Assembly (NCBI GenBank): GCA_950097015.1
Contig: CATNEN010000041.1
Location: 2,666,001 to 2,730,000 of the forward strand
Origin: Macrostomum hystrix
Lineage: Eukaryota; Animalia; Platyhelminthes
Reading direction: 5' to 3'
DNA: 64,000 nucleotides
The notes under the pieces were generated by a model. That model had not been told where the DNA came from. It saw nothing but the letters and a program-made list of their open reading frames with translations, and did no database searches. Numbering within the stretch: position 1 is the stretch's first letter; each line of letters begins with the position of its first letter. The position numbers and the translations under genes were made by a program. Positions 58,301 to 64,000 of this stretch are shown here, piece by piece.

Positions 58301-61300
58301 CATTCAGCCAGCTGTTATACTCAGAATGCATTCAGCCAGCTGTTTTCCTCAGAATACATTCAGCCAGCTGTTATTCTCAGAATACATTCAGCCAGCTGTT
58401 ATACTCAGAATGCATTCAGCCAGCTGTTATACTCAGAATGCATTCAGCCAGCTGTTATACTCAGAATGCATTCAGGCAGCTGTTTTCCTCAGAATGCATT
58501 CAGCCAGCTGTTATCCTCAGAATACTTTCAGCCAGCTGTTATCATCAGAATACATTCAGCCAGCTGTTATTCTCAGAATGCATTCAGCCAGCTGTTATAC
58601 TCAGAATGCATTCAGGCAGCTGTTATCACCAGAATGCATTCAGCCAGCTGTTATCACCAGAATGCATTCAGCCAGCTGTTATTCTCAGAATACATTCAGC
58701 CAGCTGTTATTCTCAGAATACATTCAGCCAGCTGTTATTCTCAGAATACATTCAGCCAGCTGTTATTCTCAGAATACATTCAGCCAGCTGTTATTCTCAG
58801 AATGCATTCAGCCAGCTGTTATACTCAGAATGCATTCAGCTAGCTGTTATCCTCAGAATGCATTCAGCCAGCTGTTATCATCAGAATACATTCAGCCAGC
58901 TGTTATACTCAGAATGCATTCAGCCAGCTGTTATCCTCAGAATGCATTCAGCTAGCTGTTATACTCAGAATACATTCAGCCAGCTGTTATACTCAGAATG
59001 CATTCAGCCAGCTGTTATCCTCAGAATGCATTCAGCCAGCTGTTATCACCAGAATGCATTCAGCCAGCTGTTATTCTTAGAATACATTCAGCCAGCTGTT
59101 ATTCTCAGAATACATTCAGCCAGCTGTTATTCTCAGAATACATTCAGCCAGCTGTTATTCTCAGAATACATTCAGCCAGCTGTTATTCTCAGAATGCATT
59201 CAGCCAGCTGTTATACTCAGAATGCATTCAGCTAGCTGTTATCCTCAGAATGCATTCAGGCAGCTGTTATCACCAGAATGCATTCAGCCAGCTGTTATCA
59301 CCAGAATGCATTCAGCCAGCTGTTATTCTCAGAATACATTCAGCCAGCTGTTATTCTCAGAATACATTCAGCCAGCTGTTATTCTCAGAATACATTCAGC
59401 CAGCTGTTATTCTCAGAATACATTCAGCCAGCTGTTATTCTCAGAATGCATTCAGCCAGCTGTTATACTCAGAATGCATTCAGCTAGCTGTTATCCTCAG
59501 AATGCATTCAGCCAGCTGTTATCATCAGAATACATTCAGCCAGCTGTTATACTCAGAATGCATTCAGCCAGCTGTTATCCTCAGAATGCATTCAGCTAGC
59601 TGTTATACTCAGAATACATTCAGCCAGCTGTTATACTCAGAATGCATTCAGCCAGCTGTTATCCTCAGAATGCATTCAGCCAGCTGTTATACTCAGAATA
59701 CATTCAGCCAGCTGTTATCACCAGAATGCATTCAGCCAGCTGTTATCACCAGAATGCATTCAGCCAGCTGTTATTCTCAGAATGCATTCAGCCAGCTGTT
59801 ATTCTCAGAATACATTCAGCCAGCTGTTATACTCAGAATGCATTCAGGCAGCTGTTATCACCAGAATGCATTCAGCCAGCTGTTATTCTTAGAATACATT
59901 CAGCCAGCTGTTATTCTCAGAATGCATTCAGCCAGCTGATTATCATCAGAATACATTCAGCCAGCTGTTATACTCAGAATACATTCAGCCAGCTGTTATA
60001 CTCAGAATGCATTCAGCCAGCTGTTATACTCAGAATGCATTCAGCCAGCTGTTATCCTCAGAATACATTCAGCCAGCTGTTATTCTCAGAATGCATTCAG
60101 CCAGCTGATTATCATCAGAATACATTCAGCCAGCTGTTATCCTCAGAATACATTCAGCCAGCTGTTATACTCAGAATGCATTCAGCCAGCTGTTATACTC
60201 AGAATGCATTCAGCCAGCTGTTATCCTCAGAATACATTCAGCCAGCTGTTATACTCAGAATGCATTCAGCCAGCTGTTTTCCTCAGAATACATTCAGCCA
60301 GCTGTTATTCTCAGAATACATTCAGCCAGCTGTTATACTCAGAATGCATTCAGCCAGCTGTTATACTCAGAATGCATTCAGCCAGCTGTTATACTCAGAA
60401 TGCATTCAGGCAGCTGTTTTCCTCAGAATGCATTCAGCCAGCTGTTATCCTCAGAATACTTTCAGCCAGCTGTTATCATCAGAATACATTCAGCCAGCTG
60501 TTATTCTCAGAATGCATTCAGCCAGCTGTTATACTCAGAATGCATTCAGGCAGCTGTTATCACCAGAATGCATTCAGCCAGCTGTTATCACCAGAATGCA
60601 TTCAGCCAGCTGTTATTCTCAGAATACATTCAGCCAGCTGTTATTCTCAGAATACATTCAGCCAGCTGTTATTCTCAGAATACATTCAGCCAGCTGTTAT
60701 TCTCAGAATACATTCAGCCAGCTGTTATTCTCAGAATGCATTCAGCCAGCTGTTATACTCAGAATGCATTCAGCTAGCTGTTATCCTCAGAATGCATTCA
60801 GCCAGCTGTTATCATCAGAATACATTCAGCCAGCTGTTATACTCAGAATGCATTCAGCCAGCTGTTATCCTCAGAATGCATTCAGCTAGCTGTTATACTC
60901 AGAATACATTCAGCCAGCTGTTATACTCAGAATGCATTCAGCCAGCTGTTATCCTCAGAATGCATTCAGCCAGCTGTTATACTCAGAATGCATTCAGCCA
61001 GCTGTTATCACCAGAATGCATTCAGCCAGCTGTTATCACCAGAATGCATTCAGCCAGCTGTTATTCTCAGAATGCATTCAGCCAGCTGTTATTCTCAGAA
61101 TACATTCAGCCAGCTGTTATACTCAGAATGCATTCAGGCAGCTGTTATCACCAGAATGCATTCAGCCAGCTGTTATTCTCAGAATACATTCAGCCAGCTG
61201 TTATTCTCAGAATGCATTCAGCCAGCTGATTATCATCAGAATACATTCAGCCAGCTGTTATACTCAGAATACATTCAGCCAGCTGTTATACTCAGAATGC

Positions 61301-64000
61301 ATTCAGCCAGCTGTTATACTCAGAATGCATTCAGCCAGCTGTTATCCTCAGAATACATTCAGCCAGCTGTTATTCTCAGAATGCATTCAGCCAGCTGATT
61401 ATCATCAGAATACATTCAGCCAGCTGTTATCCTCAGAATACATTCAGCCAGCTGTTATACTCAGAATGCATTCAGCCAGCTGTTATACTCAGAATGCATT
61501 CAGCCAGCTGTTATCCTCAGAATACATTCAGCCAGCTGTTATACTCAGAATGCATTCAGCCAGCTGTTTTCCTCAGAATACATTCAGCCAGCTGTTATTC
61601 TCAGAATACATTCAGCCAGCTGTTATACTCAGAATGCATTCAGCCAGCTGTTATACTCAGAATGCATTCAGCCAGCTGTTATACTCAGAATGCATTCAGG
61701 CAGCTGTTATACTCAGAATGCATTCAGCCAGCTGTTATACTCAGAATGCATTCAGGCAGCTGTTATCATCAGAATACATTCAGCCAGCTGTTATACTCAG
61801 AATGCATTCAGCCAGCTGTTATCCTCAGAATACATTCAGCCAGCTGTTATACTCAGAATGCATTCAGCCAGCTGTTATACTCAGAATGCATTCAGGCAGC
61901 TGTTATCATCAGAATACATTCAGCCAGCTGTTATCCTCAGAATGCATTCAGCCAGCTGTTATCCTCAGAATGCATTCAGCCAGCTGTTATCATCAGAATG
62001 CATTCAGCCAGCTGTTATACTCAGAATGCATTCAGCCAGCTGTTATCATCAGAATACATTCAGCCAGCTGTTATACTCAGAATGCATTCAGCCAGCTGTT
62101 ATACTCAGAATACATTCAGCCAGCTGTTATCCTCAGAATGCATTCAGGCAGCTGTTATCATCAGAATACATTCAGCCAGCTGTTATCCTCAGAATGCATT
62201 CAGCCAGCTGTTATACTCAGAATGCATTCAGCCAGCTGTTATCACCAGAATGCATTCAGCCAGCTGTTATCACCAGAATGCATTCAGCCAGCTGTTATTC
62301 TCAGAATGCATTCAGCCAGCTGTTATTCTCAGAATACATTCAGCCAGCTGTTATACTCAGAATGCATTCAGGCAGCTGTTATCACCAGAATGCATTCAGC
62401 CAGCTGTTATTCTCAGAATACATTCAGCCAGCTGTTATTCTCAGAATGCATTCAGCCAGCTGATTATCATCAGAATACATTCAGCCAGCTGTTATACTCA
62501 GAATACATTCAGCCAGCTGTTATACTCAGAATGCATTCAGCCAGCTGTTATACTCAGAATGCATTCAGCCAGCTGTTATCCTCAGAATACATTCAGCCAG
62601 CTGTTATTCTCAGAATGCATTCAGCCAGCTGATTATCATCAGAATACATTCAGCCAGCTGTTATCCTCAGAATACATTCAGCCAGCTGTTATACTCAGAA
62701 TGCATTCAGCCAGCTGTTATACTCAGAATGCATTCAGCCAGCTGTTATCCTCAGAATACATTCAGCCAGCTGTTATACTCAGAATGCATTCAGCCAGCTG
62801 TTTTCCTCAGAATACATTCAGCCAGCTGTTATTCTCAGAATACATTCAGCCAGCTGTTATACTCAGAATGCATTCAGCCAGCTGTTATACTCAGAATGCA
62901 TTCAGCCAGCTGTTATACTCAGAATGCATTCAGGCAGCTGTTATACTCAGAATGCATTCAGCCAGCTGTTATCCTCAGAATACTTTCAGCCAGCTGTTAT
63001 CATCAGAATACATTCAGCCAGCTGTTATTCTCAGAATACATTCAGCCAGCTGTTATACTCAGAATGCATTCAGCCAGCTGTTTTCCTCAGAATACATTCA
63101 GCCAGCTGTTATTCTCAGAATACATTCAGCCAGCTGTTATCCTCAGAATACATTCAGCCAGCTGTTATACTCAGAATGCATTCAGCCAGCTGTTATCCTC
63201 AGAATGCATTCAGCCAGCTGTTATACTCAGAATGCATTCAGCCAGCTGTTATCACCAGAATGCATTCAGCCAGCTGTTATTCTCAGAATGCATTCAGCCA
63301 GCTGTTATTCTCAGAATACATTCAGCCAGCTGTTATACTCAGAATGCATTCAGGCAGCTGTTATCACCAGAATGCATTCAGCCAGCTGTTATTCTCAGAA
63401 TACATTCAGCCAGCTGTTATTCTCAGAATGCATTCAGCCAGCTGATTATCATCAGAATACATTCAGCCAGCTGTTATACTCAGAATACATTCAGCCAGCT
63501 GTTATACTCAGAATGCATTCAGCCAGCTGTTATACTCAGAATGCATTCAGCCAGCTGTTATCCTCAGAATACATTCAGCCAGCTGTTATTCTCAGAATGC
63601 ATTCAGCCAGCTGATTATCATCAGAATACATTCAGCCAGCTGTTATCCTCAGAATACATTCAGCCAGCTGTTATACTCAGAATGCATTCAGCCAGCTGTT
63701 ATACTCAGAATGCATTCAGCCAGCTGTTTTCCTCAGAATACATTCAGCCAGCTGTTATACTCAGAATGCATTCAGCCAGCTGTTTTCCTCAGAATACATT
63801 CAGCCAGCTGTTATTCTCAGAATACATTCAGCCAGCTGTTATACTCAGAATGCATTCAGCCAGCTGTTTTCCTCAGAATACATTCAGCCAGCTGTTATTC
63901 TCAGAATACATTCAGCCAGCTGTTATACTCAGAATGCATTCAGCCAGCTGTTATACTCAGAATGCATTCAGCCAGCTGTTATACTCAGAATGCATTCAGG
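55301..64000. repeat. 28-bp satellite array, at least 8.7 kb (about 310 units), running off the window
   Basis: Unit cattcagccagctgttatactcagaatg with a few variable positions. Higher-order duplications are visible. Confidence 0.99.

Noticed and set aside
55232-63614. ORFs up to 873 aa over the satellite
   Set aside because: The 28-bp unit has no plus-strand stop and cycles through all three frames, giving the same 28-aa peptide in every frame. One-nt indels are tolerated, so these are not genes.

Overview
Metazoan genomic DNA with GT-AG spliceosomal introns, GC-rich exons, AT-rich spacers and very dense minisatellites. This style suggests a free-living flatworm such as Macrostomum, which is an inference and not verified. 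Gene models were built by hand from splice signals with phase checks. They are: (1) a 3'-partial minus-strand ORF missing from the ORF track, encoding zinc-ribbon-like Cys clusters and a coding 18-aa tandem repeat (1891 to the left edge); (2) an 11-exon DUF4062-NACHT-WD40 gene (NWD1/NWD2-like); (3) a 7-exon fascin; (4) an intronless, divergent GOSR1/GS28-like SNARE; (5) a 3-exon HSD17B10; (6) two tandem 4-exon peptide-type rhodopsin GPCR paralogues that look gene-converted; (7) an intronless neuropeptide-type GPCR. Mobile DNA comprises tRNA-derived SINEs, a hAT MITE with an 8-bp TSD, a Helitron fragment, a MULE/foldback-like MITE and a deleted mariner. The window ends in at least 8.7 kb of 28-bp satellite with higher-order structure. 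The most striking recurring pattern is that intronic minisatellites, each with its own unit, sit at splice junctions and often multiply the splice signal itself. One array provides eight in-frame candidate 3' splice sites.
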